Shown one piece after another: positions 1 through 9,746 of a stretch of 64,000 nucleotides of DNA. The stretch is from Candidatus Harrisonbacteria bacterium (GTDB lineage: Bacteria > Patescibacteriota > Minisyncoccia > UBA6257 > 02-FULL-45-10c). The stretch covers positions 97,710 to 161,709 of the forward strand of contig JACPTS010000001.1 of NCBI GenBank assembly GCA_016192685.1, in the 5' to 3' direction. A program made the position numbers and the translations under genes. The notes beneath the pieces are model-generated. The model was not told the DNA's origin. It did not search any database and saw only the letters and a program-made list of their open reading frames with translations. Each line of letters begins with the position of its first letter. Position 1 is the stretch's first letter.

Positions 1-104
1 CCGACTTTATCTCTTTCCTGATTATTCTTATAAAAAGTTCCGGTTTCTACAACATTCCTGAGCGATTCCGCGTGCCGAATCAAAATCAGAGTTTTTAATG
101 ACAC
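1..104 (-). CDS. Histidine phosphatase / phosphoglycerate mutase family protein, N-terminal part only (runs off the left edge)
   Basis: Not in the ORF track. Manual translation from GTG at 104 gives MSLKTLILIRHAESLRNVVETG..., with an RH(A/G)ES motif; SD AAGGAGG at 109-115. Confidence 0.8.
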   Translation of the reverse strand, partial: MSLKTLILIRHAESLRNVVETGTFYKNNQERDKV

Positions 105-170
105 CCGACCTCCTTATAGAATTTTCAAGTTTCAGCTTTAATAATAAAATAACACGGATAAAAGGAATGC

Positions 171-623
171 TCAATTCCTTTCTTCTATATCCTCTATTTT
201 TCTTAACCGGCGCTGATGCCGCTCCTCTCCGGAAAACGAAGTGGCGAGCCAGACCGAAAGAATTTTTTTGGCGTCCTCTTCATTAAGATAATCGGCGGCC
301 AAACTTAAAACATTAGCATTGTCGTCGCTCCGGGAAGTCGCTGCTTGCTCAGTATTAAAAGCGAGGGCCGAACGGACATTTTTAAATTTATTGGCCGCCA
401 CATCCACGCCCACGCCGGAACCGCAAATTAAAATTCCCCGGGAATTTTCCGAATCCAAACTGATTTTCCGCGCTGCCAAAGCCGCGAAGTCCGGATAATC
501 ATCTGTTGGCACGTATTTATCATTTCCAACATCCACTACTTCATAACCGCTCTCTTTTAAATAATTTTTAAGGGATTCTTTAAGCTGAAATCCCCGATGG
601 TCTGCGCCAATATAAATAAGCAT
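171..623 (-). CDS. rpiB: Ribose-5-phosphate isomerase B
   Basis: GADHRG, DYPD, GILICGSGVG, ANK, NANVL and RHQRR motifs of RpiB/LacAB. Confidence 0.93.
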   Translation of the reverse strand: MLIYIGADHRGFQLKESLKNYLKESGYEVVDVGNDKYVPTDDYPDFAALAARKISLDSENSRGILICGSGVGVDVAANKFKNVRSALAFNTEQAATSRSDDNANVLSLAADYLNEEDAKKILSVWLATSFSGEERHQRRLRKIEDIEERN

Positions 624-627
624 ATTT

Positions 628-742
628 AATTCAAAATTTAAAAATCAAAATGCAAAATTTTTGAATTTGTTTTTAACAAAATTTTAAAAGAATTTTTTAA
701 TTTTGAATTATCATTTTTCATTTTGATATTTACATTTTACAT
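628..742. repeat. AT-rich 7-nt-periodic imperfect inverted repeat filling the gap-rpiB spacer
   Basis: Left arm of heptamers ending in AAA (attcaaa/atttaaa/aatcaaa/atgcaaa) is mirrored by complementary heptamers (tttgaat/tttcatt/ttacatt). Confidence 0.6.
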
Positions 743-1765
743 TTACAAAGTTTCTGCCGCTTTTAAAACATGCCCAACTAAAGTCGCCACATACCCGGCT
801 TCATTGTCGTACCAAGAAAACACGCTTACCAAATCGCCATCCACTACTTGAGTAAATTTCAAATCTACAATCGCGCCATGGAGATCGCCAATTATATCCG
901 AGGAAACCAGCTGATCTTCAGTAACCTTTAAAATTCCCTGCCAGCGTTTTTCTTTAGCCGCTTTTCTAAAAATTTTATTGACTTCTTCAACGCTGGTTTT
1001 TCTTTTGGTAAGAAAAGTAATAACCCCCATGGAACCGCTGACAATCGGCACCCGCAGCGCCACGCCGTCAAATTTTCCCTCCAATTCCGGCAACGCCCGC
1101 ACCACGGAAATCGCCGCCCCGGTAAAAGACGGCGCAATGTTCTGCGCCGCCGCCCGGCCGCGCCGGAAATCCTTTCCTCTAGTCGGGCCGTCAACTAAAT
1201 TTTGGGTGGCGGTATAGCCATGAACCGTATTTAAAAACGCTTTTTTAATCCCGACAGTTTCCGACATTACCGCTACCACCGGCGAAGTGGCATTAGTGGT
1301 GCAGGAGCCGTTAGAGGTAATTTTACAAACTTTAAATTCCTCTTCATTTACGCCAAGCAAAACTGTTTTCGCGTCTTTCCGTTCCGCGTCTTTTGCCGGC
1401 GCGGTAATGACCACCTTTTTGGCACCGGCAGTCAGATGCACCGAAGCTTTTTCAAAAGATTCAAACGCGCCGGTGGATTCCACCGCAATATCAATTTTCA
1501 TTTCTTTCCAGGGTAATTTAACCGGGTCTTTCTCCTGAAACACCCTTACTCGTTTTCCGTCTATTACCAACTCATTATTTTTCACCTTTACTTCGTTGCC
1601 AAACTGCCGATAAACCGTGTCGTATTTCAAAAGATAAGCGAGATTTTCAATATCGCCCAAGTCATTAACAGCGACAATGTCCAAATTTTTATTATTCCAA
1701 ACCTGCCGGAAAAATAGCCGGCCAATCCGCCCAAAACCATTAATTGCGATTCGCGTTTTTGCCAT
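743..1765 (-). CDS. gap: Type I glyceraldehyde-3-phosphate dehydrogenase
   Basis: INGFGRIGR, catalytic GSCTTN, SWYDNE. Confidence 0.96.
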   Translation of the reverse strand: MAKTRIAINGFGRIGRLFFRQVWNNKNLDIVAVNDLGDIENLAYLLKYDTVYRQFGNEVKVKNNELVIDGKRVRVFQEKDPVKLPWKEMKIDIAVESTGAFESFEKASVHLTAGAKKVVITAPAKDAERKDAKTVLLGVNEEEFKVCKITSNGSCTTNATSPVVAVMSETVGIKKAFLNTVHGYTATQNLVDGPTRGKDFRRGRAAAQNIAPSFTGAAISVVRALPELEGKFDGVALRVPIVSGSMGVITFLTKRKTSVEEVNKIFRKAAKEKRWQGILKVTEDQLVSSDIIGDLHGAIVDLKFTQVVDGDLVSVFSWYDNEAGYVATLVGHVLKAAETL

Positions 1766-1783
1766 AAAAAATTATTCTTTTAA

Positions 1784-2977
1784 TTATACAACTTTCTTGT
1801 GCTGATTTAAATGAATGAATACCAGAAGTCCCGCTGCCATCATCACCGCTCCGTAAAGAATAGCCACGTCAGAGCCAAATTTAGTCCAAATCAGGCCGCC
1901 GATTACTCCGGCAAAAAGCGAGGAAATTCCGACTGCCGCATTCAAAAATCCTTGTCCGCTCGCCAGTCTGCCGGCCGGCACCAGCCTGGAAGCCAGCGCC
2001 CGCTCTATTCCGTCGGTCATTGCTGAATATAAACCCAAAATAATAAAACCAAAAACTGTTCCGATAATAGTTGATAGAAAATAAAGATTAGCATAAGCGA
2101 TAATGGCCGCGAGAAATCCGCCAGCCAGCACTTTTTTCTCGCCAATCCAGTCGGCTAACTTTCCAGCCGGAATCGCAAAAATTACAAAAGAAAGATTATA
2201 GATAAAATACATAAGAGGGATGGAAAATCCGTTCAGACCGACTTCTTGAGATTTTAAAAGCATCAGCGGAACCGGCATAAATCCCAATCCAAAAAGAAAA
2301 ACTGCCAAAATATATTCTTTAAAAGCAGTACTGTATCCGCTAAGCGAAAAAGTAAACGGCGGCTTAACCGCTGTTTCTTGACCAGTCGTTTCTTTCTTAA
2401 CGTCTTTTACAAAAACAAAAGTTACCACCGCTAAAATTCCAGCCGCAAAGCCAATTTTAAAAATCGCGCGATAGTCATTCAGAAAAACCGGCAAAAGCGC
2501 CACTGCCGCCAGCGGCCCCAGAGTGGCGCCAACGGTATCCATGGCCCGGTGATAACCAAAAGATTTTCCAAGCTCGCCGGATTCCACTGATTCGGAAATC
2601 AGCGCGTCCCGCGGCGAATCCCGCAAGCCCTTGCCAACCCTGTCAATCGCCCGCAACGCAAACACCTGCCAAAAACCAGTCACTAACGCCAAAAACCAGC
2701 GGGTGGAAACGGAAAGCGCGTAACCGGTCACTGCCAGAATTTTCCGCTTGCCGATTTTATCGGAAAACCAGCCAAAATAAATTTTTAAAACGCTGGCCAG
2801 CGCGTCGGCAAAACCCTCAATCAATCCTACCAAAACCGGCGGCGCGCCAAGAGTAATAGTTAAAAAAGCCGGCATCACCGACTGAATCATCTCGGATGAA
2901 AAATCATTCAATAAGCTTACTAAACCGAGAAAAAATACATTCCGCCGCAGGCCAAAAATTCTTCGTTCGTTTCCCAT
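1784..2977 (-). CDS. MFS transporter
   Basis: About 12 hydrophobic segments; motif A GWFSDKIGKRK; DRVGKGLRDSPRDALI. Confidence 0.9.
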   Translation of the reverse strand: MGNERRIFGLRRNVFFLGLVSLLNDFSSEMIQSVMPAFLTITLGAPPVLVGLIEGFADALASVLKIYFGWFSDKIGKRKILAVTGYALSVSTRWFLALVTGFWQVFALRAIDRVGKGLRDSPRDALISESVESGELGKSFGYHRAMDTVGATLGPLAAVALLPVFLNDYRAIFKIGFAAGILAVVTFVFVKDVKKETTGQETAVKPPFTFSLSGYSTAFKEYILAVFLFGLGFMPVPLMLLKSQEVGLNGFSIPLMYFIYNLSFVIFAIPAGKLADWIGEKKVLAGGFLAAIIAYANLYFLSTIIGTVFGFIILGLYSAMTDGIERALASRLVPAGRLASGQGFLNAAVGISSLFAGVIGGLIWTKFGSDVAILYGAVMMAAGLLVFIHLNQHKKVV

Positions 2978-3444
2978 TAATATAATAATACCCTATCGCC
3001 GATTTTCAGTCCCATTTTTTTAACTAGCCCGGCATTGATTTCCAAAACTTTGTCCGCTGGCGCGGGCGGGCTATAAAATGGATAATCGCTTCCACTGGCA
3101 GTCGGCAAATTTTCCGAAAAACCAATAATCTCATCACTGCGAATCCAAACGATATCCAAAGAAAATTTCATGCCAGACATCCAAAAACTTAGGACGGCAG
3201 CGTCAGGAAAAATAAAAAACATTCCTTGATTTTCCGGCAAATTTTTCCGCCCCGATAAGCCCCGGGAGTGTTCCGACGGCTCATCGGCAATTTCCACCAA
3301 AAATTTATTTTGCCCCACCTCTAAAATTTGAGTGGCTGACAATGGGAGCGGGGGCATTAATAAAAATCTAGTCAGTCCCCCAAAAGCCAGCAAAATTATA
3401 AAAACTCCCAAACTAACAAAAATTCTTTTAAAATTATTTCGCAT
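2977..3444 (-). CDS. DUF192 family protein, N-terminally anchored
   Basis: VEIAD..RGLSGR..GMFF..FWM..LDIVW..VLEINAG..GD signature. Confidence 0.88.
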   Translation of the reverse strand: MRNNFKRIFVSLGVFIILLAFGGLTRFLLMPPLPLSATQILEVGQNKFLVEIADEPSEHSRGLSGRKNLPENQGMFFIFPDAAVLSFWMSGMKFSLDIVWIRSDEIIGFSENLPTASGSDYPFYSPPAPADKVLEINAGLVKKMGLKIGDRVLLY

Positions 3445-3907
3445 AGAGAAAATGAAAGGTGACTATGCCAAAGGCTACCGCCACATTAAGCGATTCTTTC
3501 TTGCCCCGCATCGGAATTTCCAAAATCTTGTCCGCCTTTTTCAAAATCGCCCTTGATATTCCACTTACCTCATTACCAAAAACAAGGGCGATTTTGTCCT
3601 GAGCTGGTCGAAGGATTACCTTATAATATGGAATCGCCTTTTTATCCTGCTCCACGGCCCAAATTTCATATCCTTCTTTTTTTAATTTATCCATCAATCT
3701 GCCGGCAGATTTTGCCTTTTCCCAGGCAACGGTTTTTTCCGCCCCCAGCGAAACCTTGACAAACTGCTGGCGCGGCCGGCCAAAGCGGTCAAAGGGGTCC
3801 GGCGTAATGCCGGCAAGATAAATTTTCGCGATACCCGCCGCATCCGCCGTCCGAAAAATTGAACCGGTGTTATGAAGGCTGCGGATATTGTCTAAAATGA
3901 CAACCAT
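3434..3907 (-). CDS. TrmH/SpoU family RNA methyltransferase
   Basis: LDNIRSLHNTGSIFRTADA, FGNEVSG, IPMRGKKESLNVAVA. Confidence 0.9.
   Translation of the reverse strand: MVVILDNIRSLHNTGSIFRTADAAGIAKIYLAGITPDPFDRFGRPRQQFVKVSLGAEKTVAWEKAKSAGRLMDKLKKEGYEIWAVEQDKKAIPYYKVILRPAQDKIALVFGNEVSGISRAILKKADKILEIPMRGKKESLNVAVAFGIVTFHFLYAK
3595..3615. repeat. REP-like short element inside the TrmH gene (TGTCCTGAGCTGGTCGAAGGA, encodes ILRPAQD)
   Basis: Resembles the widespread CTTCGACAAGCTCAG-type repeat that gives 'LRQAQD'-like peptides (recalled, not searched). Confidence 0.55.
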
Positions 3908-3988
3908 TAATACAATATAGACAGAAAATAAAAAATAAACTAGTATATATTTACAATCAGAGAGAATCCCAATCGGATAGAGGGAAAA

Positions 3989-4756
3989 ATGAACCTTAAA
4001 AATTTATCGTATCTGCCAATAGCTTTTTTGCCATTTTTCATTAATGGCTGCGTCTCTATGGCGGCAAGAAAAGTTAATGAGCCATTAATAGAAATTATCT
4101 GGGCTGAAGTTAAAAAAATGACAAATTTAGACCCAAACCAGCCTCTGCCAGCCATCAATTATTCAAAAAATTGTTATGAATATAACAATACCCAATGTTA
4201 CGGCAAAGAACTTTGTGACCCGGAAGCAGAATGGAAAAGAGTTGAAGAATTAAAGAAAAGCAATAAAAAAGAGTGGAATAAATGCCGTAAAAAGATAAAA
4301 ACCACTGCCTTAGGAATCTATTATTATCACTGCCAAACTATCTGGATTTGTCTTAACAATACAAATAAGTATCATTGGGAATGGACATCGGGCTCTGGCG
4401 GTTTATCCTTGGGCCTAAAAGAAAAAGAGGCGGCTTTCTATAACACTATTGCCCATGAATTGCTCCATCATGCTTTATTTCTTAAAGGAATCAAAAGGGA
4501 AAATCACCGAATAATGAAAGAAGAGGGGTATCTGGAAAAAGTTATTGACGTAATCAGCCGCCATCTTGATTTGCCGCTTAATGGGCTTCAGAAAGAAATC
4601 AGCATGGAAAGCCTGGAACGAGGCATCCAACTGGATAGAGACAATAATTATAAAACTCTGGAAAGGGAAGGCCCTTTTATAGTGAAATGCGGCGCAGGTA
4701 ACGATGAAATCGTATACCATGAGAATTACGGTAATTTTTATATAAAATGCGATTAA
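3989..4756 (+). CDS. Secreted or lipoprotein-like Cys-rich putative zinc metalloprotease
   Basis: N-terminal hydrophobic stretch ending INGC; TIAHELLHH (HExxH) with a downstream His (ENH); several Cys. Confidence 0.6.
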   Translation: MNLKNLSYLPIAFLPFFINGCVSMAARKVNEPLIEIIWAEVKKMTNLDPNQPLPAINYSKNCYEYNNTQCYGKELCDPEAEWKRVEELKKSNKKEWNKCRKKIKTTALGIYYYHCQTIWICLNNTNKYHWEWTSGSGGLSLGLKEKEAAFYNTIAHELLHHALFLKGIKRENHRIMKEEGYLEKVIDVISRHLDLPLNGLQKEISMESLERGIQLDRDNNYKTLEREGPFIVKCGAGNDEIVYHENYGNFYIKCD

Positions 4757-4761
4757 TAAAT

Positions 4762-4788
4762 AAAGCGCCTGCTAAAGGCGCTTTTTTA
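4762..4788. terminator. Hairpin terminator between convergent genes
   Basis: AAAGCGCCT-GCTAA-AGGCGCTTT followed by a T run. Confidence 0.65.
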
Positions 4789-5269
4789 AAAGAGAAATGG
4801 ATTGGTGAACGAAAAATATTAACAATCCTGCTCTATATACAATATCGCCCGGGCTTAAAAAATAATTTCCAATCAATATGATGTCGGCCAAAAAAATTAA
4901 TTTGGTATTGCCATTAATAAATTTGTGCTCCGGGCCTTCAAGGGCTTCGCCAGTTATCGGCATTGCGCCGCCATTGGCTATCATTACAGAAAAATTCATT
5001 AGTATCCCAATAATCGCGGCATTTAACCCCGCTTGCTTCCAATTCAAGGTTAAAAGCCAAAGCAAAACCAAAAATTGCAATACCAATTTCGTCACAGCGT
5101 CGATTCCTAAATAATTACAGGCGGAATTAACTAAAATGCCGAATAAAAGCGGGGAATATTTTTGAATCCATTTCGACAAGCTATCAAGATTAAAAAAGTG
5201 AAATAAGACGCCAACCACGAAACAAAATGTTGCTCCGCTTCTTAAAAATTCCATCAGCCGCTCCAGCAT
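4772..5269 (-). CDS. DUF5317-like membrane protein
   Basis: N..VMIANGGAMP and FLADII..FLSPGD motifs; hydrophobic. Confidence 0.7.
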   Translation of the reverse strand: MLERLMEFLRSGATFCFVVGVLFHFFNLDSLSKWIQKYSPLLFGILVNSACNYLGIDAVTKLVLQFLVLLWLLTLNWKQAGLNAAIIGILMNFSVMIANGGAMPITGEALEGPEHKFINGNTKLIFLADIILIGNYFLSPGDIVYRAGLLIFFVHQSISLLKKRL

Positions 5270-5304
5270 TGGCTTCTCTTATAAAATGTCCAGATGCTAA
5301 TTAA

Positions 5305-5333
5305 ATTATAACAAAAAATTGATAATTTGTCCA
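5305..5333 (-). promoter_or_regulatory. Sigma70-type promoter of the DUF5317-like gene
   Basis: TGGACA-17 nt-TATAAT with extended -10 TG on the minus strand. Confidence 0.5.
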
Positions 5334-5347
5334 ATAAAAAACCACCG

Positions 5348-5617
5348 TTAAGACGGTCGGTGATTTTTTCTTAAATGCCAGATAATTGAAATCAAAACCG
5401 TATTCATAAATATGCCGGCAATATTTAAAGCCACCATCCATTGATTATTAATTTCCAATCCGTAAAAAATCCAAACAATTCCGGAAACAATAACCAAAAT
5501 AATGCGCGGAAGCGATAGCTCGTCCGAATATCCTTTTTCCAAAATTAATTTTATCTGGTGCGCCATTCCAACGATTAAACAAATCAAACTTAAAAGCGGC
5601 GCTAGTTTCGCGAGCAA
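5348..5617 (-). CDS. SemiSWEET / PQ-loop-like three-helix transporter
   Basis: 89 aa, 3 TM; Q-I..S.ELS..W..YG..N pattern; TTG start with AGGAGG SD. Confidence 0.7.
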   Translation of the reverse strand: MLAKLAPLLSLICLIVGMAHQIKLILEKGYSDELSLPRIILVIVSGIVWIFYGLEINNQWMVALNIAGIFMNTVLISIIWHLRKNHRPS

Positions 5618-5681
5618 ACTTCCTCCTTTTCAATTTTCAAATAACTTAATTAGTTTAACAAAAATTAAAGAATAAAAGTAT

Positions 5682-8600
5682 CTAAGGCGCCAGGCCGATT
5701 TTAAAATACCAATCCGAAAAAGAATCCGGATAAGGAATAGTAAAATCGCAATAGCTGTCGCAGAGGCCGCTGTTCCCCTTTCCGGCCTGGCCGCCGTCAT
5801 AAAGGTCAGTGCCGGTATTAATCGCGTTCTGCCATTGATTTCGGAAAAATCCGGTATTACCGCTGCTGTAATTTTTAACGTCCAAAACCAGCCAATAAAT
5901 TTCTCCATCGGATAAAGAAACTGCTTCGTCAAAATTAAAAGATAGGTCGGCGCCGGAATCCGGATTGATTAAATTGAGAATGGTTTTTTCAGCAAGTAAA
6001 AAATCAAAATCCGGCAAACCGCCGTTATCCGGATAAATTGAAAGCCGGACATCCGCCGTATCGCTGACCGTCTCCTGCTTCAGCCTTAAAACAACCGTAT
6101 TAAAATCAAAATCCCCAACCACCTCAAGGCTTTGCAGGCTGGCAGTATCCGGACAAGACGGGCAGTTGGGATTTTTTACGCCAAAACTGCTGCTCCAGCC
6201 GTTTGCCTCGGTTTGGCTTATATAAAATGTAGTGGGCGGATAAGACCAGCTGGTGGTGGCGACGGAAGAATAATTTCCAAAATCATCTTTGGCCCGAACG
6301 CCGATTAAAAAGCTGTCGCCGGCAGAAACCGCCTTATTGGCAGTTATGGAACTGCTGTTATTCTGCCACGCCCAATCCGCCAATTCAGTAGTGGTAGAAT
6401 AATTAATCTCATAGTTAATCAAATTTTCTAAAGTATCAGAGTCACTAGCATTCTGCCAATTCAAATTCAATTCTGACTGGCTTGCGTCAAAATTTATTTC
6501 CAAACTGCCGTTAAAAATCGGGGCCTGATGAGTAGGCGCGCTTGCCTGAAAATAATATTTCGTCCGATCCAGCGCCGCTAATTTAAATTTCTGGTCTCCG
6601 CCGCCGGACTGATAAAAAGAATACAGCCCGACCGCCACAAAATCCGAGTTCGTGAAAGTAACGCCATCCGTAGTGGTTGCCAATTCTAATAATAAATGCG
6701 GGTCTTCAAGATTGCTGAATTGCAAAGCCGAATTTTCTACCCCGCCGCCATTACTGCAACGCGCTGCGGTGTCCGGAAGAATCAAAGAATAGCGCTCGGG
6801 ATTTCCGCCGGCGCAACTGGGATATTTTATTTGTAAAACTCCGTTAATAACTGACGATTGCCAATTATTAGCCGCATTTAATTCTAATTCTGCCGGCGCT
6901 TCCTGATTTAAATAAAAAACCAAAATTTTCCAAGTGCTTTGCGCGCCATTTTGATAAATATCAGGAACAAACGGATAATTGACGTAAGAAAAATCCAAAA
7001 GATATTTTTGGCTGGTGGTGCTGCGAGTATCTTTATAGAAATATAAATTAGTAAGCGGCGAAGTAACGCTAAGATTTTTGCTGGTGGTACTGCCGGTTAA
7101 ACCGTCGCGGTCTCTCGGAGTAATAGAAAATAAATAGGTGGTGCCCAATTCTTCTCCAACAAATTTATAACTGCTGGTAGCGCTCAAAGCCGCTAAATCT
7201 TTCAAGGAATTGGTGGAGGTGGCGTACCGCAAAAAATAAGTGATGGTAGAAGTAGCGGCATAATCCTGCGACTCACTCCAATTTAAAATCAGCTCCATCG
7301 TGCTGGAGCTGAAGCTGGCATTCAAAGTCTGAATGGCAGTCGGAGCGTTTCGCGGCTCCGGGAAACTATGGCTGTTTTGGGGATTGGAAGTTGCCCGAAT
7401 TTCAAAATCACTGCTATTACTATTAGTATCGCAGCCATTGCCAAGATATTCCCCGCTGCCTGATGCGGAAACACAGCCACCGCTATAGGCTTTTCGTTCC
7501 AGGCTTTGATTGGCGCCGGGATTGCTGGCAAAAACCGTTCCTTCCAGAAAAACATTTTGCGCTTCTCCCCAACCGACACTATCAATAATCGTTCCCGTAT
7601 CTATTGCGCCTTGCCGAAGCGCCACGGCATTATCATCGGCAATGGTTGCCGTGGTAGTCGCGTCCGGCGTTACAGCAATACTGACATAATTGCTATTTGC
7701 CCAAAGATAAAATCCTTTAGCTGGAACAAAAGCATCACTGGTCCAGGATTTAATGCTCGTATCAGTTGTTCCAGTTTTAGTACGCTTCACCAGCCGATAG
7801 CCGTTTAAATTTATTGACGAGTCGGTAGGATTATAAAGTTCAATAAAATCATTGGTAGTCTGTCCGGTGCCGCCAGTGATTTGAACTTCACTGATTACCA
7901 AGTGAGAAGTCCCGTCGGAAACGCTTGGGGTGGGAGTGGAGCTGGTGCCGCCGGAAGAACCGGAATCCATTTCCGAACTAACAACGAAACTATTTTCCTT
8001 TTTCGGCGTTCCGAAAATATTATTTTCGCCGTTGCCGCTATAAGTATGCCAGCTTAAATCCGAGGAACGTTCCATGGTTTTTCTTGCTGTGCTTTCTCCA
8101 GCCGGCCAATCCAGATTAGCCATCGCTTCATCAACAAGCGCGCAATTTTTATCAAAAAGACGCAGTCCTTCATCAGTATTAGAAAGCGCTCCTGCGTATA
8201 TAGCATCCGCTACCACGCCCGGAACCGAATCATCATCTGTCCGTTCCAAAAGCAGAAAAGCGCCTGCTCCTAATTTAGTTCCGGCCGGAAAAGTAATTTT
8301 AATCTGCTCACTTTTATCCAAAATCTGCCAACCGGAAATATCCAACTGTCCGCCGGAAATATTTTTGACCTCAATCCATTCATCATTAGCGCTTGCCGTC
8401 CCGCCCATCCAAGCCACCTCGTTAATTAAAAATTTCTGGTGATTTGGCGATTGAACAGTTTCATATTTACAAACCGGAAAAGTTGCTTCCCCTTGTCCGG
8501 CGCCAGCCGCGCCAATCGAAACTGATACTGTTTGCGCAGTCGCGGCCGCCGAATTTAAAGTCGCCGATCGTTGGTCGTTAGTTAATGATTGTCGCGCAAC

Positions 8601-9740
8601 GCGCTCCGCCACATCCTCATCTTGATTATCAGCTAAAATAGTCCCATCAATCTTATCCGCCCTATCGGAATTATTTTCCCCATCAGCCCCGACTGCCGCA
8701 TTCTGAACACTCACGCCATCGCCATTGTTATTGTTCAGCGGAATCTCCGCCACCAGCGCCAAACCGCTGGTATCTGCCTCCTTTCTCAAAAATTTACTGA
8801 AAAAATCTCCGACAGTTTCCGAAACTTGCGCTAACATTGACCCGGATCCATCAGTAACACGTTCCCCGAGATTAGCAATAAATTTATTAGCGCCAACCAC
8901 CGCATTACCTCCCGCGCCGGCAATTGGGTCAGCAACCGCCAAAACTGCTCCCATCGCTTTATGCGCGAGCGTTAGCTCTGGCGGATCAATACATAATTTT
9001 TGTCCATCCTGAATATTATTTTCTGACAATTTATTAAGTGACGCCTGGATATCAGAAATAATTCTGCCGCCTCGGTATTTTAAATACACATCAGAAAAAC
9101 TATGTCCCAATGAATCATCGCCGCTTTGCAATTCAATATGAGTATTCGAAGTCATAATGTTTTTAAAAGGCGTGCGAGCCGCTATGCCGGCAATAATCGT
9201 ATCCGTGTCAGAAGTAAGCCATTTCCCATCTCCGGCAACCCGGCTGGCAGGCGTAGCAACGCCATACACGCCGATTGATTCTTTCGGAACGCCGCCAACC
9301 TTGTCCGCGACTACATCATAAAAACTATTGGCATAAAAATTGCCCTGCGAATGGGCAACAAGAAGCAATTTTTGGGTGCGAACCTGCTCGCTGGCGGTTT
9401 TCAGCATTTCCACCAAGTCATAATCCTCAACTTTGCTAGAATCAAAAACTTTTTGATAAACAGCTACTGCAATATCCCCAAGACCTCCAAGGTGGGAGGG
9501 ATTGAGAAGATAATCAATGGTGAGAGGTTCATTGCTGTGCGTGTCAGGCAATATACGTTTCAAATTATCTCTATTTTTAATAGCACCGTCTTCATCAGTA
9601 AACACTCCATTTATCGTAGCAACAGTATAGCCCGTAGATGAACAAAATCTATTATTTGTTTGAGCTAATGTTGTAAGAGGAATTAAAGTTGTAACTACGA
9701 CAACTAAAACTATTTGAGATTTTATTAAAAAATACCTCAT
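5682..9740 (-). CDS. Secreted multidomain protein: N-terminal alpha/beta hydrolase (AHSQG), low-complexity linker, two lamin-tail domains, FN3/beta-sandwich C-terminus
   Basis: Signal peptide; INGVF..LVAHSQGN..GVATP..D..GHSF; INEVAWMG..DEWIE and ISEVQI..DFIELYNP lamin-tail signatures. Confidence 0.75.
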   Translation of the reverse strand: MRYFLIKSQIVLVVVVTTLIPLTTLAQTNNRFCSSTGYTVATINGVFTDEDGAIKNRDNLKRILPDTHSNEPLTIDYLLNPSHLGGLGDIAVAVYQKVFDSSKVEDYDLVEMLKTASEQVRTQKLLLVAHSQGNFYANSFYDVVADKVGGVPKESIGVYGVATPASRVAGDGKWLTSDTDTIIAGIAARTPFKNIMTSNTHIELQSGDDSLGHSFSDVYLKYRGGRIISDIQASLNKLSENNIQDGQKLCIDPPELTLAHKAMGAVLAVADPIAGAGGNAVVGANKFIANLGERVTDGSGSMLAQVSETVGDFFSKFLRKEADTSGLALVAEIPLNNNNGDGVSVQNAAVGADGENNSDRADKIDGTILADNQDEDVAERVARQSLTNDQRSATLNSAAATAQTVSVSIGAAGAGQGEATFPVCKYETVQSPNHQKFLINEVAWMGGTASANDEWIEVKNISGGQLDISGWQILDKSEQIKITFPAGTKLGAGAFLLLERTDDDSVPGVVADAIYAGALSNTDEGLRLFDKNCALVDEAMANLDWPAGESTARKTMERSSDLSWHTYSGNGENNIFGTPKKENSFVVSSEMDSGSSGGTSSTPTPSVSDGTSHLVISEVQITGGTGQTTNDFIELYNPTDSSINLNGYRLVKRTKTGTTDTSIKSWTSDAFVPAKGFYLWANSNYVSIAVTPDATTTATIADDNAVALRQGAIDTGTIIDSVGWGEAQNVFLEGTVFASNPGANQSLERKAYSGGCVSASGSGEYLGNGCDTNSNSSDFEIRATSNPQNSHSFPEPRNAPTAIQTLNASFSSSTMELILNWSESQDYAATSTITYFLRYATSTNSLKDLAALSATSSYKFVGEELGTTYLFSITPRDRDGLTGSTTSKNLSVTSPLTNLYFYKDTRSTTSQKYLLDFSYVNYPFVPDIYQNGAQSTWKILVFYLNQEAPAELELNAANNWQSSVINGVLQIKYPSCAGGNPERYSLILPDTAARCSNGGGVENSALQFSNLEDPHLLLELATTTDGVTFTNSDFVAVGLYSFYQSGGGDQKFKLAALDRTKYYFQASAPTHQAPIFNGSLEINFDASQSELNLNWQNASDSDTLENLINYEINYSTTTELADWAWQNNSSSITANKAVSAGDSFLIGVRAKDDFGNYSSVATTSWSYPPTTFYISQTEANGWSSSFGVKNPNCPSCPDTASLQSLEVVGDFDFNTVVLRLKQETVSDTADVRLSIYPDNGGLPDFDFLLAEKTILNLINPDSGADLSFNFDEAVSLSDGEIYWLVLDVKNYSSGNTGFFRNQWQNAINTGTDLYDGGQAGKGNSGLCDSYCDFTIPYPDSFSDWYFKIGLAP

Positions 9741-9746
9741 ATAAAT

